From contig CAJUSL010000001.1 in assembly GCA_910589135.1 (NCBI GenBank), positions 68,058-132,057 on the forward strand: a stretch of DNA of 64,000 nt, read 5' to 3'. This document shows, in pieces, positions 34,902 to 44,059 of the stretch. Numbering within the stretch: position 1 is the stretch's first letter; the number at the start of each line of letters is the position of its first letter. This DNA is from an uncultured Eggerthellaceae bacterium (GTDB taxonomy: Bacteria; Actinomycetota; Coriobacteriia; Coriobacteriales; Eggerthellaceae). The position numbers were made by a program, and so were the translations under genes. The notes under the pieces are model-generated. The model had not been told where the DNA came from. It ran no database searches and saw nothing but the letters and a program-made list of their open reading frames with translations.

Positions 34902-37427
34902 ATGTCAAAGAGCTGGATTGGAGGGGAGATGAGCAAGGGCAAGATAGTGGAAGGCCTGTCCGCCCGCCATCAAGGCACGCAGGTCAGATATACCTGCTGC
35001 GCGCAGAACGGATGTTGGGACGCAAGCTGCATCGTCAAGTGCGAAACGAAGGACGGAAGGCTGGTCTCGCTGTCGGCCGACGACAGCATCAACGAGGGAA
35101 TACCGCGCGAAGACGTCGGCGACCAGGCGCTTCGCGAGGGCATGGTGCAGATGCGTCCCTGTGCGATGGGCCATGCATGGCGAGGAGAGCTGGACGCGCC
35201 GACGCGCATCCTCTACCCCATGAAGAGGGTGGGAGGCAAGGGGCCGGGCAATGGCCACTTCGAGCGCATCTCTTGGGACGAGGCGCTGGACACCATCGCC
35301 TCCAAGCTGATCGAGTTCAAGGAGAAGTACGGCCCGTACTTCCTGGCTCACAGCGTGGACGACTGTTTCGAGGAATGCGGATTCAAGCTTGCGCCGTGGT
35401 TCGGTGTTGGCATGGCGGCATGGGGAGACAACTCGTGCTCGGGAACGACCTTGGGCGAGAAGCTGCACCTGGGCTTCGACATGGTCTCTGCGTTCCACGG
35501 CCAGACCGACGTGTGCGTTGGGTTCGAGGCACCCGACCTTCTGAACTCGAACCTGATCGTGCTGTGGGGCATCGACCCCTTGGTTGGATGGTTTGGAAGC
35601 GTGTCCTACTACATGAAGCTGGCGCAGGAGAAGGGCGCGAAGGTCATCGTGGTCGACCCGCGCTACACCAACAGCGCCGAGACGCTTGCGGACCAGTGGC
35701 TCCCCATTCGGCCGGGCACCGACATCGCCATGCTCCTGGCCATCGCGCACGTGCTCTACTCGGAAGACCTCTACGACCACGACTACGTCGAGAAGTGGGT
35801 CGAGCCCGGCGGGTTCGAGAAGTGGCGCGCCTACGTCATGGGCGAGGTGGACGGGGTGGAGAAGACGCCGGAGTGGGCCGAAGGCATCTGCGCGCTTCCG
35901 GCAGAAACCATCCGCGCGTTCGCGAAGCTCTATGCCGAAAGCAAGCCGGTGCACCTGCAGTTTTACTATGCTCCCGCGAAGCGCCATCTTGGCGAGTATT
36001 GCGCAAGTGCCGCGATGCTGCTGCAGGCCATGACGGGAAACCTTTCCATCGCAGGCGGCTGCGAGACGGGTTGCAGCCTGGTGACTCCGGCCCGCATGCC
36101 GTTTCCCGAAGTGGACTGGCGGCAGGCCGAGGCGGAATACGAGCCGCCCGTCTGCTACAACATCCAGAAGATCGCCGAGGCCATCATTTCCAGGCCACGC
36201 TACGACGCGGGCGAGATTTCCGAGGAGGCCTACCGCAGGCTGATCGGCTCCCCTCCCGGCGCGCCGCTGCCCAACATCAAGATGATGATCGTGGAGAACC
36301 AGTACCCGATAAGCCACCACAAGACGAACAAGCGCCTGGAATCGCTCGAGAAGTGCGAGTTCGTGTGGGGCTACCAGTGGCATTACGGGCAGGCGTCGCT
36401 CGATTTCATGGACATCGTTCTTCCCGGCATCAACATGATGTTCGAATGCCGCGACGACTACATGCTGGGCTCCGAGCGCTTCATGTACGGCCCGAACGGC
36501 ATGCGGAACTACTTCATGTACGCCGACAAGGTCTGCGAGCCGCCCGGCGAGGTGAGGCCGCGCCATTGGATGTACACGCAGCTGGCCAAGCGGCTTGGCA
36601 TCGTCGACAAGTACAACCCGCGCCTTGCGGACGTGCCGATCGAAGAATGGGACGATGCGGTTCACGAGCTCTACCACGAGGCGTACGACGCGTGGGCGGA
36701 AGACCCGACGGGCAGGCTTGCCGAGCTGGGCGTGGAGCCGAAGCCCTGGGAGGAATTCCTGAAGAAGCCGATTGTGCGCATTCCCATCGACGAGGCGTTC
36801 TACCCGTATAAGAACTACATGGAGAAGGGCGGCATCGTGGACGGCCGGTCCCCGTTCGGCACCCTGACCGGCAAGATCGAATTCAGCTCCACGCTTTGCG
36901 AGTCCATGGACATGGTAAACGAGACCTGGTACCGGGGGCACCTCGAGCCGTATCCCGTGATCAACCCGCTCTACATGGGAGGCCATGAGCCGAACGACAG
37001 CTTCTATCATCCGAAGGCGCAGTCGTACCCCCTTTCCCTCATCACGCCGGTTTCCGCCTACCGGCAGCACGCGTGCCTGGACGCAAACCCGCAGCTTCGT
37101 GACGAGACCTATCGCCATGCCGTGTGGGTCAGCCCGTCCGACGCCGTCAAGCGTGGGCTGGCGGATGGCGAGGTTGCCCGGGTGTTCAACGAGTTCGGCG
37201 AAATCAGGCTTCCGGTCTACGTGACCTCGCGCATGTCGCCGGGCACGGCGGCCGTGTTCCACGGCGCATGGTACGCGCCCGACGTCGAAGGCAAGACGTC
37301 TTCCATGCCGTGGGGCGTCGACCACCGCGGCACGCCCAACTTCCTCATAGGGGACGAGCATTGGCCTCATGTCGTGGGAGCGTTGCTGATCGGTGGCCTC
37401 GTCGAAGTCGAGAAGATGGGAGAGTGA
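34902..37427 (+). CDS. Molybdopterin (bis-PGD) oxidoreductase catalytic subunit, no Tat signal (cassette 2)
   Basis: 841 aa. The N-terminal Cys cluster YTCCAQNGCWDASCIVKCE differs from those of cassettes 1 and 3. DMSO-reductase-family blocks are present (ERISWDEALDTIA, IVLWGIDP, VVDPRYT). The alternative ATG 34929 cannot be excluded. Confidence 0.9.
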   Translation: MSKSWIGGEMSKGKIVEGLSARHQGTQVRYTCCAQNGCWDASCIVKCETKDGRLVSLSADDSINEGIPREDVGDQALREGMVQMRPCAMGHAWRGELDAPTRILYPMKRVGGKGPGNGHFERISWDEALDTIASKLIEFKEKYGPYFLAHSVDDCFEECGFKLAPWFGVGMAAWGDNSCSGTTLGEKLHLGFDMVSAFHGQTDVCVGFEAPDLLNSNLIVLWGIDPLVGWFGSVSYYMKLAQEKGAKVIVVDPRYTNSAETLADQWLPIRPGTDIAMLLAIAHVLYSEDLYDHDYVEKWVEPGGFEKWRAYVMGEVDGVEKTPEWAEGICALPAETIRAFAKLYAESKPVHLQFYYAPAKRHLGEYCASAAMLLQAMTGNLSIAGGCETGCSLVTPARMPFPEVDWRQAEAEYEPPVCYNIQKIAEAIISRPRYDAGEISEEAYRRLIGSPPGAPLPNIKMMIVENQYPISHHKTNKRLESLEKCEFVWGYQWHYGQASLDFMDIVLPGINMMFECRDDYMLGSERFMYGPNGMRNYFMYADKVCEPPGEVRPRHWMYTQLAKRLGIVDKYNPRLADVPIEEWDDAVHELYHEAYDAWAEDPTGRLAELGVEPKPWEEFLKKPIVRIPIDEAFYPYKNYMEKGGIVDGRSPFGTLTGKIEFSSTLCESMDMVNETWYRGHLEPYPVINPLYMGGHEPNDSFYHPKAQSYPLSLITPVSAYRQHACLDANPQLRDETYRHAVWVSPSDAVKRGLADGEVARVFNEFGEIRLPVYVTSRMSPGTAAVFHGAWYAPDVEGKTSSMPWGVDHRGTPNFLIGDEHWPHVVGALLIGGLVEVEKMGE

Positions 37428-37431
37428 TCGC

Positions 37432-38172
37432 ATGACGCAGTACGGATTCTTCTTCGATCAGACCCGCTGCTACGGATGCCAGGCTTGCGCCACCGCGTGC
37501 AAGGATTGGAACAATCTCGAGCCGGGGCCCGAGAAGTGGATGTGCGTATACGAGTGGGAGACGGGCGCGTTTCCCAGCATGCGCATTCACGAGCTGGCGT
37601 TCTCGTGCGGCCATTGCGACAACCCGGCGTGCGTCCCCGCGTGCCCCGAGGGTGCCATATTCAAGGAGGACGAATACGGCGCGGTGCTGGTCGACCAGGA
37701 CAAATGCGTCGGGTGCCGAAGCTGCGCCGAGGCATGTCCCTACGGGGCGCCCAAGTTCGCATCGGAGGACCCGGGCGCAAAGATGTCGAAATGCACGATG
37801 TGCATCGACCGCCTGGCGGCCGGCGACCTTCCGCAATGCGTGCTCGCGTGCCCCATTCGCGCCTTCGACTTCGGCCCCATGGACGAGATGGTGGCGAAAT
37901 ACGGCAACGACCGGCGTGTCGAGGGAATGCCCGATACCGACGTCGTCGTCAACGAAGTCTTCAAGCCGCTGCAGCCGAAGCAGGACGTGATTCCGCTCGA
38001 CATCGAGCGGCTCATGGCGCTGCAGAAGAAGAGGGGGACGCTGCCCGACACCTTCGAGAGCGTTTCCGATGTCATCGACATCCCCGAGGGCATCCGCTTC
38101 CGGGACTCGCTGCACATGAAGAACCTGACCGCACAAGAGGTGATGAGGGCGACGAGAAACGACCTTGGCTAG
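37432..38172 (+). CDS. DmsB-like 4Fe-4S multi-cluster electron-transfer subunit (246 aa)
   Basis: CYGCQACATAC, CGHCDNPACVPACP, CVGCRSCAEACP and CTMCIDRLAAGDLPQCVLACP form four ferredoxin-type Cys groups. Confidence 0.9.
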   Translation: MTQYGFFFDQTRCYGCQACATACKDWNNLEPGPEKWMCVYEWETGAFPSMRIHELAFSCGHCDNPACVPACPEGAIFKEDEYGAVLVDQDKCVGCRSCAEACPYGAPKFASEDPGAKMSKCTMCIDRLAAGDLPQCVLACPIRAFDFGPMDEMVAKYGNDRRVEGMPDTDVVVNEVFKPLQPKQDVIPLDIERLMALQKKRGTLPDTFESVSDVIDIPEGIRFRDSLHMKNLTAQEVMRATRNDLG

Positions 38173-38263
38173 CGAGCGGAGCTAGGCGAGGCAAGGCCAA
38201 GTGCGCGAAATCAAGCGACCAGGCGTTGCTCGACGCCTGGTCAGAGCAAAAAGGAGGAAGAAC

Positions 38264-39565
38264 ATGCAAGTGGCGACGGAAACGATGAAGGCGCCATCGA
38301 AATCGAGTTTGTACAACCCCAAGGTGGCCTGGCTTGCGCTCGTTGGCGGCCTTCTGATCTACTTCGTGAACAGCGCTGCACAGTACAAGGTTCCGCCAAT
38401 CATGGTCGAGCTCAACGAGGCGCTCGGCCTTTCGCTGGTTGACTCCGGCTGGCTCATGTCGATCATGAGCCTCCTCGGACTCGTCCTGGCTCTTCCCGCC
38501 GGGGCCATCATCGAGAAGATCGGCGTGAAGTGGGCAACCGTGGCTGCCGCTTCGTTCCAGCTTGTCGGCTCGTTGGTGGGAACGTTTGCGACAGGCTTCG
38601 GGCTCATGCTCTTCAGCCGAGCGCTGGAAGGCGTGGCCCTGGGCCTGTGCAACGTTTCCGCATTCGCGGTCATCGCGGCGTTCTTCCCTCCCGAGAAGAG
38701 AGGGCTGCCGAATTCGCTCAATACCGCCAGCTACACGGTTTCCGTGTTCCTGATGATGAACGTGGCCGTTCCGCTGAACACCGACTTCGGATGGCAGGGC
38801 GTCTGGTGGTTCGTCAACGCGTTGAGCGTGCTTGCGCTTTTGGCGGCTTTGTTCTTCATTCCCGGAAAGTCGCACGAGGTGGACTTCGAGGACAACAAGA
38901 CGATTGGGGAAACGCAGGAGAGGATCAGCATCAAGAGGCTGCTGACCACCCCGGCCATTTGGATCATTCCCTGCGTGTTCATCGTGTTCAACATTGGCTA
39001 CTACGGCATATCGACCTACGGACCTACGTACCTCGTTGAGACGGTCGGCGCCGACCAAGCCACGGCGAATCTAGCCGTGAGCTGGATGTCGTTGGTGGGT
39101 CTGCCTGCCGCGCTCATCGCGGGTGTCGCGCTGGACAAGATCAAGGTCAAGAACCGCAAGTGGATCGCAGCGGTGGCGATGTTCCTCTTGGCCGTCGGAT
39201 ACTTCTTGGCGTTCAGCATGCCGTCGGTGGAGTCCGAGACCGCGCTGCTGATATTCGTTGGATTCGTTTGCACGATCGTGCCGGTTTCGCTGTACACGAT
39301 CGGCCCCGACACCATTCCGTCTGCGGCCTACGCGGCCATCATTATCGCCATCGTCACCTTTGGGCAGAATATCGGCATGACGCTCGGGCCCCTCGTCGTT
39401 GGCTACATAGTGGATGCCGCGGGAGCCTTCGAGGCTTGTGCGGCGCCCCTGGGAGTGCTGGCCGTCATCGGAGGCATCATCATGATGTTCGTGAAGGTCA
39501 GGCCTGCGAAGGGCTCCGAAAAGCAAGACGTCGATGCCGGCCTTGTTGCCGATGGCGGCGAATAG
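38264..39565 (+). CDS. MFS transporter (cassette 2)
   Basis: SD AAGGAGGAAG lies before ATG 38264. About 12 TM segments. The N-terminal region shares YKVPP...L(G)LS motifs with the other three MFS proteins in the window. Confidence 0.9.
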   Translation: MQVATETMKAPSKSSLYNPKVAWLALVGGLLIYFVNSAAQYKVPPIMVELNEALGLSLVDSGWLMSIMSLLGLVLALPAGAIIEKIGVKWATVAAASFQLVGSLVGTFATGFGLMLFSRALEGVALGLCNVSAFAVIAAFFPPEKRGLPNSLNTASYTVSVFLMMNVAVPLNTDFGWQGVWWFVNALSVLALLAALFFIPGKSHEVDFEDNKTIGETQERISIKRLLTTPAIWIIPCVFIVFNIGYYGISTYGPTYLVETVGADQATANLAVSWMSLVGLPAALIAGVALDKIKVKNRKWIAAVAMFLLAVGYFLAFSMPSVESETALLIFVGFVCTIVPVSLYTIGPDTIPSAAYAAIIIAIVTFGQNIGMTLGPLVVGYIVDAAGAFEACAAPLGVLAVIGGIIMMFVKVRPAKGSEKQDVDAGLVADGGE

Positions 39566-39658
39566 CGCATTTGCGGCCATCGTTGCAGGCAAGGGCAACG
39601 CGATCGGGCAGCCTTCCTTATGCCCCCTGATACCTTGCTTGGAAAGGGCGTCGTTCAA

Positions 39659-39691
39659 GGAGCGGCCGACGTGACGTCGGCCGCTCCTCTT
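39659..39691 (+). terminator. Strong hairpin, probable intrinsic terminator of cassette 2
   Basis: Perfect 13-bp stem GGAGCGGCCGACG / CGTCGGCCGCTCC with loop TGA, followed by TCTT. The U-tract is weak. Confidence 0.5.
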
Positions 39692-39771
39692 GCATGTCGG
39701 GCATGATCGGGGTGTAGTTTGAGCGTTGCCAACCGGTTTGGGCTTTCGGCTCGCGTGGTTGTTTGGCCCCG

Positions 39772-39808
39772 ATGCCATTTTGTCCACAGCGGCCCAGCTT
39801 TTTGGCAT
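39772..39808. repeat. Short copy (C) of the ATGCCA..TGGACAAAA repeat unit
   Basis: ATGCCATTTTGTCCACAGCGGCCCAGCTTTTTGGCAT. Its reverse complement aligns with the left terminal unit of copy A (ATGCCAAAAA-N12-TGGACAAAA). Confidence 0.4.
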
Positions 39809-39841
39809 CGCGCCCACGAAAGGGCCGTCAGGCCAGTCCTG

Positions 39842-41260
39842 CTAGTCGGCCAAAGGCAGCGTGACGGTGAACGTGGTGCCGGTGGCTTCCGAGCTTACGG
39901 CCTCGATCATGCCGTCGTGCTCGTGCGCGATTTCCTGCCCGATGGCCAGCCCCAGCCCGTAGCCGCCCTTCGCGCTGGTGCGAACCTTGTCGGCGCGGTA
40001 GAAGCGGTCGAAGATGTGCGGCAGGTCTTCCTCGGGGATGGCCGGCCCGTCGTTGTGCACCTTCAGCTCGACTTTGCCGCGCGTGCCATTCGACGGCGTG
40101 CGGGTCAGCGCGATCTGGACGCCGCGCCCTTCGCCTGCGTACTTGCAAGCGTTGTCGATCAGCGTGGCCACCATGCGCCCCAGCCGCTCGGCGTTGCCCT
40201 CTACCATCGCGTCTTCGCAGATATCGCTGTCGATGTCCACGCCCAGCTCGAAGGCCACCGACTCGAACTGCAGCACCTCGCCTTCCACCAAATCGGAGAA
40301 GTCGACGCGCTCGGTGGCGAAGTTTTGCTTCTGGCTGTCGGGGCGCGAAAGCGCGAGCATGTCGTTGACCAGCAGCTGCATGCGCTCTGCTTCGAGGTGC
40401 GTGCTCTCCACCCACTGCATCTGGTCCTCGACGCGCGCGTCGGGCTGCGACTTCAAGATGGCGGTGTTGGCCAGGATCACCGTGAGAGGCGTCTTCAGCT
40501 CGTGCGACGCGTCGGCGGTGAACTGCTGCTGTTGCTTGATGGACATGCGCACCGGCTTCATGGCCCAGCGCGAGAAGAAGATGTTCACCAGGAACAGGAA
40601 GGCCGTGGCGCCGATCCATACGAGCACCAGCGTCCAGGCAAGGTTGCGCCATGCGTTCATGCTGCTGCCGTCGGCGTACGCGATGACCTGGTCGCCGGGG
40701 TCGACGCTCGATGCGCGCTTGGCGAAGTACAGGTTGTAATCGGGGAGGAAGCCGTTCGCATCGTTGCTTGCGAGCACCTGCTCGTTCGCGCCCAGGATGG
40801 CCGACTCGGGAATGTTCGCGTTGGTGTAGCCGCCTACGGTAGTGTAGCGGCCGCTCTGGTTCACGCTGTAGACCGACATCAGGACGACCGAATCGCTCGC
40901 GTTGGCCGATGAGCCGATCGTGGGCGCGGAAACGTCCGCCGACGTGCCGGACGCCGTCGAGCCTGAGGCGGTGTTGCCGGACGTCGCCACCGGCGTTCGG
41001 CCGTCGGTGGACAGGCGCTGCGTGGACGATAGCTGGGGCGCTTGGCGCGACGTGACCTCGGTGATGACGCCTTGCAGTTGGTCCTCGATCATGTGGATGC
41101 GCGTCATGTAGTCGGCGTACAGGATGATGGCAAACGTGGTGAGCAGCACCAGCATGATCGTCAGCATGTTGATGGCGATGAACTTGATGCGCAGGGTGCG
41201 CAGCATCTTCGAGCTGGGCCCGATTATGGCGTCGTGGCTCGCCTTGGGGACTTTCGGCAT
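39842..41260 (-). CDS. Two-component sensor histidine kinase
   Basis: Two TM segments flank a Ser/Thr/Ala-rich extracytoplasmic domain. H-box ASHELKTPLTVILANT. HATPase G-boxes DNACKYA and GGYGLGLAI. Confidence 0.9.
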   Translation of the reverse strand: MPKVPKASHDAIIGPSSKMLRTLRIKFIAINMLTIMLVLLTTFAIILYADYMTRIHMIEDQLQGVITEVTSRQAPQLSSTQRLSTDGRTPVATSGNTASGSTASGTSADVSAPTIGSSANASDSVVLMSVYSVNQSGRYTTVGGYTNANIPESAILGANEQVLASNDANGFLPDYNLYFAKRASSVDPGDQVIAYADGSSMNAWRNLAWTLVLVWIGATAFLFLVNIFFSRWAMKPVRMSIKQQQQFTADASHELKTPLTVILANTAILKSQPDARVEDQMQWVESTHLEAERMQLLVNDMLALSRPDSQKQNFATERVDFSDLVEGEVLQFESVAFELGVDIDSDICEDAMVEGNAERLGRMVATLIDNACKYAGEGRGVQIALTRTPSNGTRGKVELKVHNDGPAIPEEDLPHIFDRFYRADKVRTSAKGGYGLGLAIGQEIAHEHDGMIEAVSSEATGTTFTVTLPLAD

Positions 41261-41269
41261 GGCGCGGCC

Positions 41270-41962
41270 TTAACGGGCGGCCTTGGAGGCGCCGCCTTCG
41301 GCGAAGCGGTAGCCTGCCTTCCGAATGGTCTCGATCGAGCACTTCGACCCCAGATGCTTCAGTTTCTTGCGCAGAAACGAGATGTAGGCCTCCACGTTGT
41401 TGTCGCCGGCGCTGGAGCTGATGCCCCACGCCTTGTCGATCAGCGTGTCCTTCGAGAACACGGCGCCGGGATTGCCCATGAGGATGCGCAGGATGCTGAA
41501 CTCCTTCGAGCTGAGCTGGATGGACTTCTTGCCGCACGTGAGCTGCATGCTTTCCAGGTTGAGCGACAGGTCGCCTTCGTCCAGCTGCTCGAACTGCACC
41601 TCGCCCTGGCGGCGCGTGAGCGCGCGCAGATGCGCCATCAGCTCGGCGGGCGAGAACGGCTTGGTCATGTAGTCGTCGGCGCCGGAGTCGTAGCCGCAGA
41701 TCTTGTCGTTGGTGGCGTCGCGCGCCGTGAGCAGCAGGATCGGCGTGTTGATGCCGGCCCGGCGCAGCTCGCGAGTGATCTCGAATCCGTCCATCTTGGG
41801 AAGCATGACGTCCAGGATGAGCACGTCGTAGTTGCCGGCCTTGCCGTACTCGAAGCCGCTGAGGCCGTCGTGCACCTTGTCGACGCTGTAGCCGTTGTCC
41901 AGCAGGATCTTTTCCAGAGCCGCGGCGAGGCTTTCGTCGTCCTCGACTATAAGTATCTGCAT
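41270..41962 (-). CDS. OmpR/PhoB-family response regulator
   Basis: MQILIVEDDESL...DVLILDVMLPKMDG receiver domain plus a C-terminal winged-helix (LSSKEFSILRILM...RKAGYRF). ATG 41962 is preceded by GGAAGGG. Confidence 0.9.
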   Translation of the reverse strand: MQILIVEDDESLAAALEKILLDNGYSVDKVHDGLSGFEYGKAGNYDVLILDVMLPKMDGFEITRELRRAGINTPILLLTARDATNDKICGYDSGADDYMTKPFSPAELMAHLRALTRRQGEVQFEQLDEGDLSLNLESMQLTCGKKSIQLSSKEFSILRILMGNPGAVFSKDTLIDKAWGISSSAGDNNVEAYISFLRKKLKHLGSKCSIETIRKAGYRFAEGGASKAAR

Positions 41963-42187
41963 TCGTTGCCCTTCCTTCGCGCGCGCCCGCGAAGGTGCCT
42001 GCGGCGCGCTCGGCGTGCTTCGACGATTGTACAGCGAAGACGCCCGCGCGGCGACGATGCGACGGCGCGGGACAAAGCAAGCGCACAAACCTTAAAACAT
42101 CCTGAAAAGCAGGGCCGACCTTGCCATTGTTTCAGGTGGATTTAAGGAAGGGGGCGTAGTATTCCAGACAGTGTTTCCCAGCACTGT

Positions 42188-42236
42188 TTGCAACGCGCAA
42201 GGCAACAACCTAACAACCTTGTCTTGCGCGTCGCAA
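42188..42236 (+). other. Large imperfect palindrome/hairpin in the RR-trkH intergenic region
   Basis: TTGCAACGCGCAAG (42188-42201) and CTTGCGCGTCGCAA (42223-42236) are complementary at 13 of 14 positions, with a 21-nt spacer. Confidence 0.4.
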
Positions 42237-42289
42237 CAAAATTGAAAACAAAAAGGCTCCTTTAAGCGTGACCTTAACAACCGCAAAAA

Positions 42290-42314
42290 GCCCTGTCATC
42301 CGACAGGGTTTTTT
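42290..42314 (+). terminator. Orphan rho-independent terminator / attenuator upstream of trkH
   Basis: AAAAAG-CCCTGTC-ATCC-GACAGGG-TTTTTT. No annotated plus-strand gene lies upstream of it. Confidence 0.55.
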
Positions 42315-42337
42315 GTTTGTCGGTGTAGAATGTCGGC

Positions 42338-42484
42338 ATGCAGAAAACCAGCAGGGAAATAATGGCGGCGGCAAGGACCAGCTTCGGTTCCGTGATGCTG
42401 CTCGTGCTGTCGGTCGCATGCTTCGTCGTGCTTCTCTGGATCGTCATGACCGTCGTCCGGTTCCTCATGGGGCTTCCGCTGTAG
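42338..42484 (+). CDS. Candidate 48-aa single-TM micro-protein upstream of trkH (not in the ORF track)
   Basis: MQKTSREIMAAARTSFGSVMLLVLSVACFVVLLWIVMTVVRFLMGLPL. A -10-like TAGAAT (42326-42331) sits 6 nt before the ATG, so the mRNA may be leaderless. The ORF ends 21 nt before the trkH start. Confidence 0.35.
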   Translation: MQKTSREIMAAARTSFGSVMLLVLSVACFVVLLWIVMTVVRFLMGLPL

Positions 42485-42505
42485 GGCGGCCCCCGTCATT
42501 GCGAA

Positions 42506-44059
42506 ATGTGGCAGCGCTTCAGCTTATACGACGTTAGGGTCATCGGCCACTACCTGGGCATGCTGGTGCTGTTTTCGGCGCTGCTCATGGTGGTTCCGTT
42601 CGTCACGGCGCTGGTCTTCCAGGAATGGGACCCGGCCTACCGCTACCTGTACTCCATCGGCATCGCGCTGGTGGTGGGCTCGCTGCTGCGCTTCTTCCGC
42701 ATTCAGCCCGGCAAGCTGAACCGCCAGCAGGCGTTGGCCGTGGTCGGCCTGGCGTGGATCGTGCTGGGGCTGTTCTGCTCCATTCCGCTGTACAACTCGG
42801 GGCACTACCTGACCTATCTTGACGCGCTGTTCGACAGCGTGTCGGGCATTACCACCACGGGCGCGTCGCTCATCGTCGATTTGGACCACCTGTCCTATGC
42901 CGACAACATGTTCCGCTTCATGATGCACCTGCTGGGCGGCCTGGGGCTCATCGTGGTCGCGCTGTCGCTTGGCGTGTTCGGCAAGCGCGCGGGAGCCACG
43001 CTGTACACCTCGGAAGGCAGAAGCGAGCATGTCGTGCCCAACGTCATCCACACCACCACGTTCATCGCGAAGGTGACGGCATGGTTCGTCCTGATCGGCA
43101 CCGTGTCCATCTCGGTGCTCATGCTGCTGTCGGGCATCGAGCCGGTGCGCGCCATCCTGCAGTCGTTCTGGGTGGCCATCTCGGGCTTCGTGACGGGCGG
43201 CTTCTCGCCCATGCAGCAGTCCATCTTCTACTACCATTCGTTCCCCATCGAGGCGTTGCTTATGGTGCTCATGCTGCTGGGCACGGTCAGCTTCGTCATC
43301 TATTCCGAGGTGCTGCGGGGTCGCGTGCGCGAGTTCTTCCGCGACATCGAGACGCGCACCACCGTCATCTGGATGGTGGCGATGGTCGTCGTGTTCACGG
43401 CGTCGCTGGCCACCTCGACGCTGTTCTCCGACGTCCCCACGCTGCTGCGGCGCGGCATGTTCGTGCTGATTTCGGCGTTCACCACCACCGGCTTCTCGGT
43501 GTTGACCACCAACCAGCTGCTCACGGTGGTCACGTCGGGTGCGTTTCTGACGCTGGCGTTGGTCATGGCGGTCGGCGGCTGGGCCGGGTCCACCGCCGGC
43601 GGCATCAAGATCTACCGCGTGGGCATCATCGCGAAGTCGTTCGTGTCCACCATCAAGGAGGCCGTCTCGCCCGACTCGGCGACCGTGGTCGTCGCCTACA
43701 ACCACGTGGGCAAGCGCATCCTGTCTCCCAGCGTGGTGAAGGAGGCCATGACGATCTTCATCATGTTCGTCATCACCTACGTCATCGGCGCGCTGGTGGG
43801 CATCGCGCACGGGCACGAGGCCACGCAGGCCGTGTACGAGTCGGTGTGCATGACGTCGAACGGCGGCATGATCGTCGGCATCGCCACGCCGGGCATGCCC
43901 GTCACCCTCGAGCTGTTCTACATCCTGCAGATGTGGGCCGGCCGTCTCGAGTTCATCACGCTGCTCGCCCTGATCGTGCAGGTGGTCGTCAGCGCCATTC
44001 CGCGGCGTCGCGCCACCAATCCGGGCGTCGTCGCATCGAACGAGGAAATCCAGCTATGA
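42506..44059 (+). CDS. trkH: TrkH/KtrB-family potassium uptake membrane protein
   Basis: 517 aa, polytopic. Reiterated selectivity-filter-like segments (SGITTTGAS, ISGFVTGGFS, FTTTGFSV, MTSNGGMI) are typical of the Trk/Ktr/HKT family. Confidence 0.9.
   Translation: MWQRFSLYDVRVIGHYLGMLVLFSALLMVVPFVTALVFQEWDPAYRYLYSIGIALVVGSLLRFFRIQPGKLNRQQALAVVGLAWIVLGLFCSIPLYNSGHYLTYLDALFDSVSGITTTGASLIVDLDHLSYADNMFRFMMHLLGGLGLIVVALSLGVFGKRAGATLYTSEGRSEHVVPNVIHTTTFIAKVTAWFVLIGTVSISVLMLLSGIEPVRAILQSFWVAISGFVTGGFSPMQQSIFYYHSFPIEALLMVLMLLGTVSFVIYSEVLRGRVREFFRDIETRTTVIWMVAMVVVFTASLATSTLFSDVPTLLRRGMFVLISAFTTTGFSVLTTNQLLTVVTSGAFLTLALVMAVGGWAGSTAGGIKIYRVGIIAKSFVSTIKEAVSPDSATVVVAYNHVGKRILSPSVVKEAMTIFIMFVITYVIGALVGIAHGHEATQAVYESVCMTSNGGMIVGIATPGMPVTLELFYILQMWAGRLEFITLLALIVQVVVSAIPRRRATNPGVVASNEEIQL

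Noticed and set aside
42100-42320. c-di-AMP (ydaO/kimA-type) riboswitch upstream of the K+ transporter gene.
   Set aside because: The context is suggestive. However, I could not find the conserved pseudo-symmetric core segments I recall (GGGGACCCA / GGGGUGAAUC / CCGAACCCGACAGCUAAC-like). It is left as an unclassified structured leader that needs an Rfam scan.
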